Positions 1 to 9,892 of a DNA stretch of 64,000 bases are shown piece by piece. Each line of letters opens with the position of its first letter. The first letter of the stretch is position 1. Both the position numbers and the translations under genes were made by a program. The notes under the pieces were generated by a model. That model was given only the letters and a program-made list of their open reading frames with translations. It made no database searches and was not told the origin of the DNA. This DNA is from a virus: positions 5,432 through 69,431 of IMG/VR virus record IMGVR_UViG_3300030000_000007. One strand, 5' to 3'.

Positions 1-33
1 CGAGGGTTCCAAAGTTTCACAACTTCGAGGTAA

Positions 34-204
34 TAAAAAAGGGAACCTTTTGAGTTCCCTTAGTATTTTCAGAATCACATTAAGTTATTCTGTACTAAGG
101 GCCTTTTTAGGTTTAAAATTAGGTTCATCACGTTCAATACGTGTGACTATATCATGGCATTGTTGCCATAAATTAGTCATTGTATTAATCGTTACTGTCT
201 TCAT
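34..204 (-). promoter_or_regulatory. Putative leader-peptide transcription attenuator (39-aa leader ORF 85..204, antiterminator, terminator)
   Basis: SD GAGG then MKTVTINTMTNLWQQCHDIVTRIERDEPNFKPKKALSTE*. The CCCUUAGUA..UACUAAGGG stem overlaps the GGGAAC/GUUCCC-U7 terminator. Confidence 0.6.
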
Positions 205-315
205 TTCAATTTTCCTCTATTTAATTCGTTGATATAATTATATATAGAATTTCTCAAAAAAGTAATCTTTTTGATAACCTGTTTAAAAATCTTTCTAAGT
301 AATTATTTGATAGAG

Positions 316-350
316 TAATTATAACATCAACTCTATCAAAAGTAAACAGT
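316..350 (-). promoter_or_regulatory. T4-like early promoter
   Basis: Minus strand reads GTTTACT-N16-TATAAT with extended -10 TGnTATAAT. Similar motifs near 14950, 15262, 18503, 32575, 40911, 46356. Confidence 0.6.
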
Positions 351-395
351 TTTAAAATTTAATTTTCTCTACCATTTAATTATTCGATAGAGTAA

Positions 396-881
396 TTATA
401 CATCACTCTTGTCAAGGTGTAAACACTTTTTGCAAATTACATTTCTTTTAGAACATTGTAGTATGCTGTGGTAACACCAGTGTGAATAGCTGACCTTAGA
501 TTCCATTTTGTACTCGTCAACTACATCATCAAGTAAATCTGTGTCACTAGATGTACCAATGAACTTATCATCAACGTAAATGTTGTTGCTTACGTGATCA
601 TAGTAAGAGACTTTATTCGTCTTCTTGTTAAAAAGAACATATGCTTCAACATCAGAATATTCTGTATTTGGGTTGTAGATCGTTATATAAAACAAGCGAT
701 AATCACCTTCATCTATAAGCAAATCATCTTGAACTTCTTGCTTACCTTCATAATGGCGCCCTTCTGTTCTAACTTTTCCATCTAACACGGCAAGAATAGT
801 GTCAAAGTCATCTAGTTTCTTCTTCTTCTCGTACTCCTCAAGATCTTCTTTAATTTGAGCAGCTCGTAAAAGTTCTTGCAT
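396..881 (-). CDS. hypothetical phage protein
   Basis: 161-aa ORF, GGAG upstream. Confidence 0.65.
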   Translation of the reverse strand: MQELLRAAQIKEDLEEYEKKKKLDDFDTILAVLDGKVRTEGRHYEGKQEVQDDLLIDEGDYRLFYITIYNPNTEYSDVEAYVLFNKKTNKVSYYDHVSNNIYVDDKFIGTSSDTDLLDDVVDEYKMESKVSYSHWCYHSILQCSKRNVICKKCLHLDKSDV

Positions 882-913
882 TAATGTCTATGTTTCTCCA
901 AAAAAGATTTGAT

Positions 914-2653
914 TTATTTATAGTATCTAGAAGCAGTCTTAGAATTTATCTTTGTTTCCATTCGTAGATGTTTTCGAAGTCCATCTAGATTGATACCATT
1001 GCTAAATTCTACTTGCTTAGGGAATCCTTCTCTGCTCACTCTAAAACTCCACACATTACCATTCACAGAATAAATGTAAAGTGCAACAAAATCGACAAGG
1101 TCAACAACCTTTGAGTAATTAATAATACCTTCAACAGTGGGTGATTTTCTATACCCGAAATATTCAGCAAGTTCTTCAATTGAAGCATTCTCACTTGGTT
1201 CCGTTTTAACTGGCGCTGGTGCTTCTTTAACCTTTTCTACAATCACTTCCTTGAATACGACTCTAGGTTTAGAAACTAAATTCTTTAAAGAAGATATAAG
1301 TGAAAAACCACTGGTGTCTTCAGGTATCTTTGCTACATCATTCCTAGGAATAAACATGACATCTTCTGGTTTGATAGGTTCTCTGTCTTGTTCTGGTACA
1401 GAATAATCAATCAAATCGTTGACATGATATTGACTCATTGAAGTATTAGTTTCAACATCATTCATTGATGTCCAACCAGGTGTCAACCCGAAAACATATG
1501 ATGGCCCTTGTCTACCACATATCAGAGAATACATCTCAACCCACAGTGCATTCACCATGTAAAGAGGTTTTCTGAAATAGTTGTATGGGTAAACGAAGAT
1601 GTCGTCGAAGTCTATTAAGATTGATTCATCATGATTCAAAGACTTAATAAGTTCAACCATTTCAAAACTAAACACATTTATCAATCTAGTTTCAACGGGT
1701 GTAGAAGTTACATTTATCACTTGGTGTCTATCTAATGATGACACATTTTCTAAAATCACAGATGGAAACTTATCTGAAAATTCACTCAACACTTCACCAT
1801 ACGTACGAGGTTCTTTGACATTAAAGATTAACTGTTGAAGCTCTAATGAATGTTGGTTGATGTCGTATATGATTACCTTTTTAGGCTTGAAGTGTTGTAC
1901 TAAGGAATACGCTCTTAGTCCAGTAGATGGGACAACTAATATGTCAATTGTGAAATCTAATTCAGATTCTATAACACCAGCATTCGTGAATACTTTATTG
2001 AATGTATTCTTTAGTAGACACTGTTCAAAGAATGTATCAGTGTAAATTTCTGAATATGGCGTAGCATCATCTAAATAAAATGCTTCATCATGTGAAGGAA
2101 AAATGGACAATGAAGTAGCAACATTAAATTTTTCTAATTGCTTAACCATAAAGCCGGCCCCATGTGTTGCAGCAGTATGTTCAATGAATGTTCTTTTTGG
2201 AAGAGATGTTATAGAGGAAGGTTTTCTATTGTCGCCTTCATACGTGAAAGTGTTTCCTTCTCTTATATCACCGACGTAAAGTGGCTTCCCCATTTCATTC
2301 CAAAGAAGCATGTTTACAACTAAACATTTAGGATTGAGAACTGCATAGTCATCTGACAGCTCAATGTACCCAAGAACTAAATCAGATTGATTGCTTAATG
2401 TTGCCTCAATTTTTGTTAGGAATGACAGATCATAGATTATATGCCCACTTGATTGGATGATCAAGTAGTCTGTTTTACATTCTAACAGTGCGTCATCGAT
2501 AGAAGATGGAAAAATTATCTTATCAATAAAGTCTTCATTTATCTTACTTGAGAAATATTCACAAAATCTCACCGTCAGATCTGAACGCCACGAGACCTCG
2601 TCAACCACTACAGCGAAGGTTAAGTTATTTTCTAATAAAGACATTATGACCAA
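914..2653 (-). CDS. hypothetical protein (579 aa)
   Basis: Long ORF coupled to upstream gene. Confidence 0.8.
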   Translation of the reverse strand: MVIMSLLENNLTFAVVVDEVSWRSDLTVRFCEYFSSKINEDFIDKIIFPSSIDDALLECKTDYLIIQSSGHIIYDLSFLTKIEATLSNQSDLVLGYIELSDDYAVLNPKCLVVNMLLWNEMGKPLYVGDIREGNTFTYEGDNRKPSSITSLPKRTFIEHTAATHGAGFMVKQLEKFNVATSLSIFPSHDEAFYLDDATPYSEIYTDTFFEQCLLKNTFNKVFTNAGVIESELDFTIDILVVPSTGLRAYSLVQHFKPKKVIIYDINQHSLELQQLIFNVKEPRTYGEVLSEFSDKFPSVILENVSSLDRHQVINVTSTPVETRLINVFSFEMVELIKSLNHDESILIDFDDIFVYPYNYFRKPLYMVNALWVEMYSLICGRQGPSYVFGLTPGWTSMNDVETNTSMSQYHVNDLIDYSVPEQDREPIKPEDVMFIPRNDVAKIPEDTSGFSLISSLKNLVSKPRVVFKEVIVEKVKEAPAPVKTEPSENASIEELAEYFGYRKSPTVEGIINYSKVVDLVDFVALYIYSVNGNVWSFRVSREGFPKQVEFSNGINLDGLRKHLRMETKINSKTASRYYK

Positions 2654-3714
2654 TCAGTTGTTTGATTGAGCCGTGCGATTACAGCTTGTGCTAAAGATGA
2701 CTTAAATGAATTGTCGATATCTGTAAGCACTCTAAGTACTTCATCTTTCTTGAACTTAGGTTTAAGGTTGCTTGTGAGTTGAGACATGATAATGTCTGCT
2801 CGTTTGACCCCATCTGTTTCTTTAGCCGAATCAGCGAAGATAATTTTGACAGCTTGATCTACACTACTAGCAGCTTGAGTTGCTGCGGCACTACCACCTT
2901 TAAGGACTTTATCAACCTCATCACGTTCTTGTTTACGATCTGCTGTTCTTTTATCTTTTTCTAATTCTCTATCTGCTTGACCTTCTGTATCATGCGCATC
3001 TGCCCACTCCTCTTTAGCACCATCCCACTCAATTTTGTTTGGGAAATTCCTAATAAAGAAAGGGCTGAAAGCTGATAGACGTTTATCTAAGTCATCGACA
3101 TCCATTGTTCTTCGGATTTTTAAAGCTTCTTGTAGCTTAAGAGACATCACATAGAATTTAAAACTCATCATCTTGATAAGTGTTTCACGTGCAGCTTTTG
3201 CATCGGATGCAGCAATTGCTTTTTCTAATGTATCACTTAAGTCTCTAGGGATATTTAGGATGATGGCTGTATCAGCTCCACCAGTAGGGGATACGGTTGG
3301 TACAACTAAACTTGAGAACTTAAATGTACTACCTATTTTAGATAGAACAAATTTCTCTGTTGCTTCACCCTTAGCAACCTTTAATAATTCATTGTCATCT
3401 GTTATGTGGTCGATGACACCTTTACCACCACCAGCTTTAAGATAGTTAGTTGTTAAGAAACCAACTCTGGTGAAAATTACATATCGAATATCTGTTGTCT
3501 CGACTAACTGAGTAATCATACTCTCAAGATGAGACATTGATTGGTTTGCTGTTGTTATAGTCTCAGGTTCAGCTGCAGCTTGAGCAGGTTCAGGACTGTT
3601 TGTTTTACCAATTAAATGTTTGAATGTTTGTTTAAGTCCGTCAAATGGACCTTCATAAATCGGATTGTTTTCAACGGAACGTAATAGATTCAATTTGGTT
3701 GTCATGTAAGTCAC
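2644..3714 (-). CDS. hypothetical late (probably virion) protein
   Basis: 356-aa ORF preceded by TATAAATA at about 3730-3737. Confidence 0.75.
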   Translation of the reverse strand: MTYMTTKLNLLRSVENNPIYEGPFDGLKQTFKHLIGKTNSPEPAQAAAEPETITTANQSMSHLESMITQLVETTDIRYVIFTRVGFLTTNYLKAGGGKGVIDHITDDNELLKVAKGEATEKFVLSKIGSTFKFSSLVVPTVSPTGGADTAIILNIPRDLSDTLEKAIAASDAKAARETLIKMMSFKFYVMSLKLQEALKIRRTMDVDDLDKRLSAFSPFFIRNFPNKIEWDGAKEEWADAHDTEGQADRELEKDKRTADRKQERDEVDKVLKGGSAAATQAASSVDQAVKIIFADSAKETDGVKRADIIMSQLTSNLKPKFKKDEVLRVLTDIDNSFKSSLAQAVIARLNQTTDWS

Positions 3715-3751
3715 CCCACTATAAAAATGTATTTATAGTGGGGCAATCAAA

Positions 3752-3973
3752 TTACATGGTTAACGTATGTGCTTCAAACCTGTCATGCACTGCGCTAACG
3801 ATATCCTGCATCATTTCTTTAGATGGAGGTCCACCATCAACAATGAATGCTGTCTGACGGATGTATTCGATCCGATCTTCTGTTTCTGCACTCAGAATAT
3901 CAGCTCGTTCCTTAGCTGTCATCCGACCGATAAGTTGTTCAAAGTTGATAGGTTGTACTGTTTCAAGTTTCAT
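3752..3973 (-). CDS. hypothetical protein
   Basis: 73-aa ORF with GGAG SD. Confidence 0.6.
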   Translation of the reverse strand: MKLETVQPINFEQLIGRMTAKERADILSAETEDRIEYIRQTAFIVDGGPPSKEMMQDIVSAVHDRFEAHTLTM

Positions 3974-3991
3974 ATTTTCTCCAGTTAAAAA

Positions 3992-4342
3992 TTAATATTC
4001 AGCGGGGCTATGTTGTTTAACATCATGCTCTACAACATATCTAAAGTCTGCTTCTTTTCTCCATTCTTTTGAAATATTTCTAGGAACAAATAGAGTGTGT
4101 ATTTCAAATACAAATCGAAAAAATAAACATATAATGTTTAAAAATACACAAATTATTGCTCCAAAAAAATCAAATATTGGAATTGTATCATCTTTTGAGA
4201 CACTTTTAAGTTGCCACACTAAATCATATGACCAAAAATGTTCTAACAAAACATATTGATACCGCAAATATAATGGTGTCCAAGCTCCAGTATAAGCATT
4301 CCAGAATGTAAATTTTGGTTTAAAAATATCACCTTCTTTCAT
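3992..4342 (-). CDS. hypothetical membrane protein
   Basis: 116-aa ORF with hydrophobic segment, overlaps ligase stop (ATGA). Confidence 0.6.
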   Translation of the reverse strand: MKEGDIFKPKFTFWNAYTGAWTPLYLRYQYVLLEHFWSYDLVWQLKSVSKDDTIPIFDFFGAIICVFLNIICLFFRFVFEIHTLFVPRNISKEWRKEADFRYVVEHDVKQHSPAEY

Positions 4343-5373
4343 ACATCACCTTTAATTATTTCATTTGGAATAAAAGCTCGACCTTGTCTCCAATGCCGGG
4401 TTGTTTGCACGTGGCCAGCCCGAACATACTTTGCGATTGAATTTCTGAATTGGCCATAAGTAAAACTTTCAGCAAGTCTCACAACATAGCCTTCATCTTT
4501 CTCAAAATCCAAAGTCTTTTCGATTTCTCTAATCTTCTTTTCATCCCAGATACCATCATAAAGAACTGGTACTGAAACAATATTGAATAGTTCGAACCAC
4601 TCAATAGTAGAATCCCAATCCAAACATTCATTCATGTCATTCCAAATACTGAACCCGTAGAAATATGATTTCAGGTTATTGTAATGGATTGAGTGTTCAG
4701 CCCAGAGGTTTTCTCCACAGATCCGCCACCAATCTGGAATCTCATACGAAATGGTGGACCAGAACTGTTTAACCCATGCACGATCTTCTCCTCCTCTGCT
4801 GTCAATACTTCTGGCATGGGAATGATCGGTATAGAGAGAAGTGTTTTCTCCATCCATCTTTTTAGTAACAATAACTCTTTTTCCTTCGAACTGAGCAAGG
4901 CTTCCCATGACTCGATCATCGTCATTAACTCCGGGAGACCAAGGGAGGTGGTTGGTGCGGGGGTACTTGACGTAAGGTGTGAATAGGTCAAGGACTCCTC
5001 CGGCTCTGAGGATTTTTTGAACAGACTCATCATTAAAGAGTTCACCTCTTCCTCGTTTATTTCCTTCGAGTACAGGATTTCCCCACTTGTCATAGATGTG
5101 GTCATCATAGAAGTGTGGGGGTACAATTTTCCTTGTGATACCTGCAGCGCTTCTAACATCTTCAACTGAGATGACAGTTTGTTCACATTCAAGGTGATGT
5201 TCTTCACAGACAGATGCTCCATTTTCTAAATAATATCCACCATCCGGCCATAGTCGCCGCTCTAAGATGTGGTGTGCATCTTTAGCTGGTCTTGGGCAAA
5301 AGACACAGGTACAGTTGTCTCGTTTGAAGACACCTTCCCTGAACTGATCACGAGATAATAGTTTGAATTGCAT
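4339..5373 (-). CDS. HNH-domain / ATP-dependent RNA ligase fusion
   Basis: N-terminal CxxC..DAHH..NGASVCEEHH (HNH); C-terminal KYPRT, KMDGEN (motif I), GENL, EGYV, AKYV ligase motifs. Confidence 0.85.
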   Translation of the reverse strand: MQFKLLSRDQFREGVFKRDNCTCVFCPRPAKDAHHILERRLWPDGGYYLENGASVCEEHHLECEQTVISVEDVRSAAGITRKIVPPHFYDDHIYDKWGNPVLEGNKRGRGELFNDESVQKILRAGGVLDLFTPYVKYPRTNHLPWSPGVNDDDRVMGSLAQFEGKRVIVTKKMDGENTSLYTDHSHARSIDSRGGEDRAWVKQFWSTISYEIPDWWRICGENLWAEHSIHYNNLKSYFYGFSIWNDMNECLDWDSTIEWFELFNIVSVPVLYDGIWDEKKIREIEKTLDFEKDEGYVVRLAESFTYGQFRNSIAKYVRAGHVQTTRHWRQGRAFIPNEIIKGDV

Positions 5374-5704
5374 TTTCGAATTCTTCTTTAGTGATGTGAA
5401 TCACAATATCATTCAATCCCATTAGACCATCATACTGGTGGGATTGATCAACATATTCAACAACCATTTCATCTTTAAGAGAGACTTCAATTAGGTCACC
5501 TCTAAATCCCCTAAACACTCTAAAGTCTAGAGTACCAACAGAAAATGTTTTTTCTAGATTTCGTTCTGTTGTGAAGTTGGAGTAATTTTTAGTTGTTGCT
5601 GTTGACCAATTATCAGCTATCAATCGTTGGACATGAGCAATGATTCGTTGATTGTTATTCTGTGTTTTTATCCTAGCAAAATATGTTTGAATGAAATTTT
5701 TCAT
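5348..5704 (-). CDS. hypothetical protein
   Basis: 118-aa ORF downstream of a TGATATAAT promoter. Confidence 0.6.
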   Translation of the reverse strand: MKNFIQTYFARIKTQNNNQRIIAHVQRLIADNWSTATTKNYSNFTTERNLEKTFSVGTLDFRVFRGFRGDLIEVSLKDEMVVEYVDQSHQYDGLMGLNDIVIHITKEEFENAIQTIIS

Positions 5705-5740
5705 AATGTATTATATCACAGATTGATGTCAGATAAAAAT

Positions 5741-5764
5741 AAAGGGCTCTTAAAGAGCCCTTTA
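5741..5764 (-). terminator. intrinsic terminator
   Basis: AAAGGGCTCT-TAA-AGAGCCCTTT hairpin with T runs. Confidence 0.7.
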
Positions 5765-5780
5765 TACACATTCTTTTAAT

Positions 5781-6599
5781 TTAAAAGATTGATAGACTTG
5801 TACCACACTCACTACAGAATTTTGCAGTTGCCTTGTTAAGTTTACCACAGGTAACACATTCTGCTCTTTTTGTTACACTAATTGGTTGTGTAACAGGTTG
5901 TTCATTGACTTGTCCTAGTAACTTGATGACCAAGACATGTTCTTCTTTTTCCAAATCGAAATTATCAACATGAACAAATTTTTGGTTTGATTCTGATCCA
6001 GGAACGGTAATACCAACATCATTGATTGGCATACTATCAGAAAACGATGAAGCTGAAGCTGAAGCAAATGAACTGTTTGACTCCCCCTTTGATAAGGACC
6101 TACTTCTTAGTGCAGTACTACATTGAATACCTCGACCGTATTCAAAATCCCCAAGACCCTTAGTAATGAAGGCATTAGAATCACCATCGAAACCGAATGA
6201 TGGACCCCATTGATTTTGTCTGACATAATTATTAATGTACTGTTTAATTGGAACATCTTGCTCATACCTAAATGAGATTCGAATTAGACCATCATCAATT
6301 TTTACTCCACGATGATTTTCAATTTTTGAAGTACGTTCGATAAATTTGAACTTGTTTCCTTTTGATAAGTCTTTGACAAAGCGTTCAAGTTCGATTTCTT
6401 GTTGTCCACCAATCACTAAACCACCCCCAGTTACATCTACTCCATCAATAGAGATGTCAACAACTGCACGTTTTGTATTTAGATTTTTCAGAAGAATGCT
6501 GTATTCCTGTCCAAATGGAACATATACGGTATCTTTGAATTCGCGAAGAACTTTACCACTTGCTTTTAGGCAGCAAACCATAAGATGGTTGTACATCAT
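5781..6599 (-). CDS. hypothetical protein with C-terminal double zinc ribbon
   Basis: CVTCG..FCSECG at C-terminus; GGAG SD. Confidence 0.75.
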   Translation of the reverse strand: MMYNHLMVCCLKASGKVLREFKDTVYVPFGQEYSILLKNLNTKRAVVDISIDGVDVTGGGLVIGGQQEIELERFVKDLSKGNKFKFIERTSKIENHRGVKIDDGLIRISFRYEQDVPIKQYINNYVRQNQWGPSFGFDGDSNAFITKGLGDFEYGRGIQCSTALRSRSLSKGESNSSFASASASSFSDSMPINDVGITVPGSESNQKFVHVDNFDLEKEEHVLVIKLLGQVNEQPVTQPISVTKRAECVTCGKLNKATAKFCSECGTSLSIF

Positions 6600-6688
6600 T
6601 TCTTTCTCCTATTAATAACGGCCTACAGAGTAGAGACCCACAATTAAACTCTGTTTAGTTTCGTATCATTGCGATACAATTTTATTTA

Positions 6689-7384
6689 TTAACCTTTGAT
6701 AAGGTCATTGAACCTGTTTAGAAACTGTTCATAACTTTCACGTGGTGAAAGTGGTTTTGGAAAACGCTGTAACAGTAAAAGTGATGGTTGAGGTAAATTC
6801 CAATTCCTTCCTCTTGATGGCATGAATTGATAGCCCTCAATTGCCTGTGAGAGTTTATCAATCAACTTGATAATATCCTTTTCTTCATTTGATAGTTCTG
6901 GGATTTTATATTTGATCCTGATTGCATTATCAAGTTTCATTTCCATCATCTTGAATATTGGATTCAATTCTGGAATACGTTTAATTGGAGATGGGATATC
7001 CCCAATATAAGCTTCATGTGCATCATGCAGTAAAGCTTTCAAAAGGAATTCTTTTGGGTGTGCACTTAAGATTTCTGGTAAATCTGCAAACACTTTATAG
7101 TAAAAATCGTAATCAATATTACCAATTTCTGATAAATCAATTCGTCCCTCACTATCACCTTTCAATACCTCTTCTAGTAAATCTGCAACATAAACGGAAT
7201 GCTGCGCAACATTGAATGGTATTGCTGTTATAGTGTGTCCAGCAAAACGTGGAGTTCTACTTAGCGCCCATGCAATATCTTTAATATCAATACTTTCAAT
7301 ATTAGGATCAGTGGGGTTAACTAAATTTCCAGAAACTGTTTCCAATGATAGATAAATATCATTTTCTGTTATAGATGATTTCAT
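6689..7384 (-). CDS. HD-domain phosphohydrolase (YfbR/YfdR-like nucleotidase)
   Basis: DIAWALSRTPRFAGHT, VAQHS, LLHDAHEAYIGDIPSP motifs. Confidence 0.85.
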   Translation of the reverse strand: MKSSITENDIYLSLETVSGNLVNPTDPNIESIDIKDIAWALSRTPRFAGHTITAIPFNVAQHSVYVADLLEEVLKGDSEGRIDLSEIGNIDYDFYYKVFADLPEILSAHPKEFLLKALLHDAHEAYIGDIPSPIKRIPELNPIFKMMEMKLDNAIRIKYKIPELSNEEKDIIKLIDKLSQAIEGYQFMPSRGRNWNLPQPSLLLLQRFPKPLSPRESYEQFLNRFNDLIKG

Positions 7385-7424
7385 ATTCTTTATGGGTTGA
7401 TAAGGATTAAATCCTTAAAAGACT

Positions 7425-7709
7425 TCACACATCCTGTGATTGAAGTCTCAAAATAAATGATGGCACGATAGATTTATTCCCTGTACCTTCTGGGCTATGC
7501 TCATTCCAAATGTTAATTGCGGATTCTGGGTTCTTTTTCCAGACCTGATATACAAGATTCTCAATCAGTTCTAATTCCCTCATACCCCAAGTGATGTGTG
7601 AAATATTTTCAGAAAATTCATACTTCCAATCGAACCCTTTAAGGCGTTCAATTACTTGTTGTTCAGTAATATTAGGTACATCAGTTCGCAATAGTTCAAA
7701 AACTTTCAT
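7425..7709 (-). CDS. hypothetical protein
   Basis: 94-aa ORF with GGAG SD. Confidence 0.6.
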   Translation of the reverse strand: MKVFELLRTDVPNITEQQVIERLKGFDWKYEFSENISHITWGMRELELIENLVYQVWKKNPESAINIWNEHSPEGTGNKSIVPSFILRLQSQDV

Positions 7710-7966
7710 CTTATTCTCCAGATATCTTATTAAATATTTATCATGTCACACACTTTTAATGTATCTGAGAGTATATTTTATTCCTTTAACCGTTCATTTA
7801 AATCTTTTTTGTAGTCACCCCTAGACATGACTTTAGAGGAATTGTGTTTCAAATTCCTCTTTGCCCTTAAAATGTCATTCAGCCATTTTGCTCTAGGTTT
7901 AAGATTTGGTACAATAATTTTCATTAATGTATTTTATCATTATTAACCTAGTATTAAAACTGGTAG

Positions 7967-9880
7967 TTACCCTATAGTAAGTGTCATATCATCAATGTAA
8001 CCATTGTGATATGTTGTTGGGGCCGTAGATCTAAAAGCACCAGCCCCAATCATCAATTGGGGCATAACAAAAGATGTTGAATCAGCTATTGACCCTGCTG
8101 ATGCTCCATCTACTGTCAATGTTAAAGTTCCACTAACCCTTGATATAACTATATGGTGCCAAGCACCAGCAGATATTGCAGTTGATTGTATTCTTACTCC
8201 AGTATTAAAATACACAACTATTTTTCCAGTATCTTGGTAACAAATCAAAGCATTTGCTGTATCTACATTATCACTTCTAGTATCAAAGATACTAGAAGTA
8301 CCAGAAACAGAATTAAAATAACAATATAGATCAATATTAAAATTAGCAGTACCTATAATTAAAGACTGAGAAGGAATACCTCTTATATAACCAGTCGTAC
8401 CATTAAAAGAAACCGATGTTCCTCCAGAATATGATTGGTTAGAACTTACTGCTGCTGAACCTGATGTTTCAAAATTGATGTGTCCCATTTCATCATAAAT
8501 ACCAGCCTGAGTTAAAATCAACAACCAAGTATTTGCTATATTGATAGGAGGAGCTATTGGCGGAGTAAATGCAGTTGGGTAGATAATGGATTTTGTCAAT
8601 CTTATACCGGACATATAACCATTTAAATAAAACGACCCGCCTAAACCATTTCCCAGTGTGACTGTAGATGAGTTGTTTGCATACACTGCTGTTACCGCTG
8701 AAGCAACGAGAATACCATTTACATAAATTTTAGTATTCGTACCATCATACTGGAATGCGACATGATGCCATTGGTTAGCTGTTATAACTCCATTTGCACT
8801 TTTAATTTCATTCACCCCATTTATACCTAAAGCTATAGCACCAGGTGATGCACTACCAGTTCCATAAATATAGAAATTGGTATATCCAGTTCCACCATTA
8901 CTGAAAAATGTTTGATTTACCCCCGCAAGTGAATTTAAATAAACATAAAATTCTAAAGTGTAAACCCCATAGGTACTCCAATTTATTGACATATTAGTGC
9001 TACAATAATCTCCATTCCCATCAAAGTATAAACTTGTACTATGCGTAGCTAATGCATATGGTGTTGATGGGAATGGTGACACATTTTGAATCGATACTGC
9101 ACCATTCACTGTTATTGCATATGCATTTGTACTGACGTCTTTAAATCTATTGCTTTGAAGTGTCAACACTGATGTTCCAGCAATAGCAACTAACGGATAT
9201 GTTTGTGGAGCAAACGCACCAGTGTAAACTCCCGTACCTTTTACTATTCTGAAGTTTGAAAGATACCCATTAAATGGAAGAGCAGATCCACCACCATCAG
9301 TACCAATTCGTATAATACCAGCCGCCCATGAATAGCTATTTGAAGCTACTGCGCCAGCAGTACCATTTATATAAATTGTTATGGTTGAACCAATCTTAAC
9401 GAATGCTACATGGTTCCATTTATTAAATGCTACTGAAGTTGATGTAGTTGAATCAGTACCTATTAATGATCTGCCAAATGTTATCGTTCCATTGGTATTA
9501 ATTGATGATGAAAAACCACCCGATGTATCATTAGCAAAAATAACCTGATAAGCTGCAGTAAATGGGGTAGGATTGATCCAAAATTCTAAAGTAAAATCAG
9601 CAGTGCCAGAAATACTAGCTGCCGCAGGTACTTGAAGAGAAGATGTTATAGGAAAATAACCAGCCCATCCATTTGGGCTAAATGGACTATTACTTCCTAT
9701 ACAGACATTACCATTTCTCGTTATGTCAAAATTGTTTGAACTTGAGTCTATAAAAAAATTATTTGAGGTACCACTAGCTCCAGTACCCAACTTAAAACGG
9801 GTGTTAGCAGCAATCAATGATTGAACAGCTGATGCCACTCCCGTTAAAAGTGTTGATATTAATCCGCCTGGTGAAATCAT
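7967..9880 (-). CDS. LamG/concanavalin-A-like multidomain tail fibre or adhesin
   Basis: Three repeats of FTLEFW..WNHVAF..IYING..GYLSNFRI. Confidence 0.85.
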   Translation of the reverse strand: MISPGGLISTLLTGVASAVQSLIAANTRFKLGTGASGTSNNFFIDSSSNNFDITRNGNVCIGSNSPFSPNGWAGYFPITSSLQVPAAASISGTADFTLEFWINPTPFTAAYQVIFANDTSGGFSSSINTNGTITFGRSLIGTDSTTSTSVAFNKWNHVAFVKIGSTITIYINGTAGAVASNSYSWAAGIIRIGTDGGGSALPFNGYLSNFRIVKGTGVYTGAFAPQTYPLVAIAGTSVLTLQSNRFKDVSTNAYAITVNGAVSIQNVSPFPSTPYALATHSTSLYFDGNGDYCSTNMSINWSTYGVYTLEFYVYLNSLAGVNQTFFSNGGTGYTNFYIYGTGSASPGAIALGINGVNEIKSANGVITANQWHHVAFQYDGTNTKIYVNGILVASAVTAVYANNSSTVTLGNGLGGSFYLNGYMSGIRLTKSIIYPTAFTPPIAPPINIANTWLLILTQAGIYDEMGHINFETSGSAAVSSNQSYSGGTSVSFNGTTGYIRGIPSQSLIIGTANFNIDLYCYFNSVSGTSSIFDTRSDNVDTANALICYQDTGKIVVYFNTGVRIQSTAISAGAWHHIVISRVSGTLTLTVDGASAGSIADSTSFVMPQLMIGAGAFRSTAPTTYHNGYIDDMTLTIG

Positions 9881-9892
9881 ATAACCTCCGGA

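Noticed and set aside
6689-7384. DatZ / Z-genome pathway
   Set aside because: Generic HD nucleotidase; no purZ or mazZ in the window.
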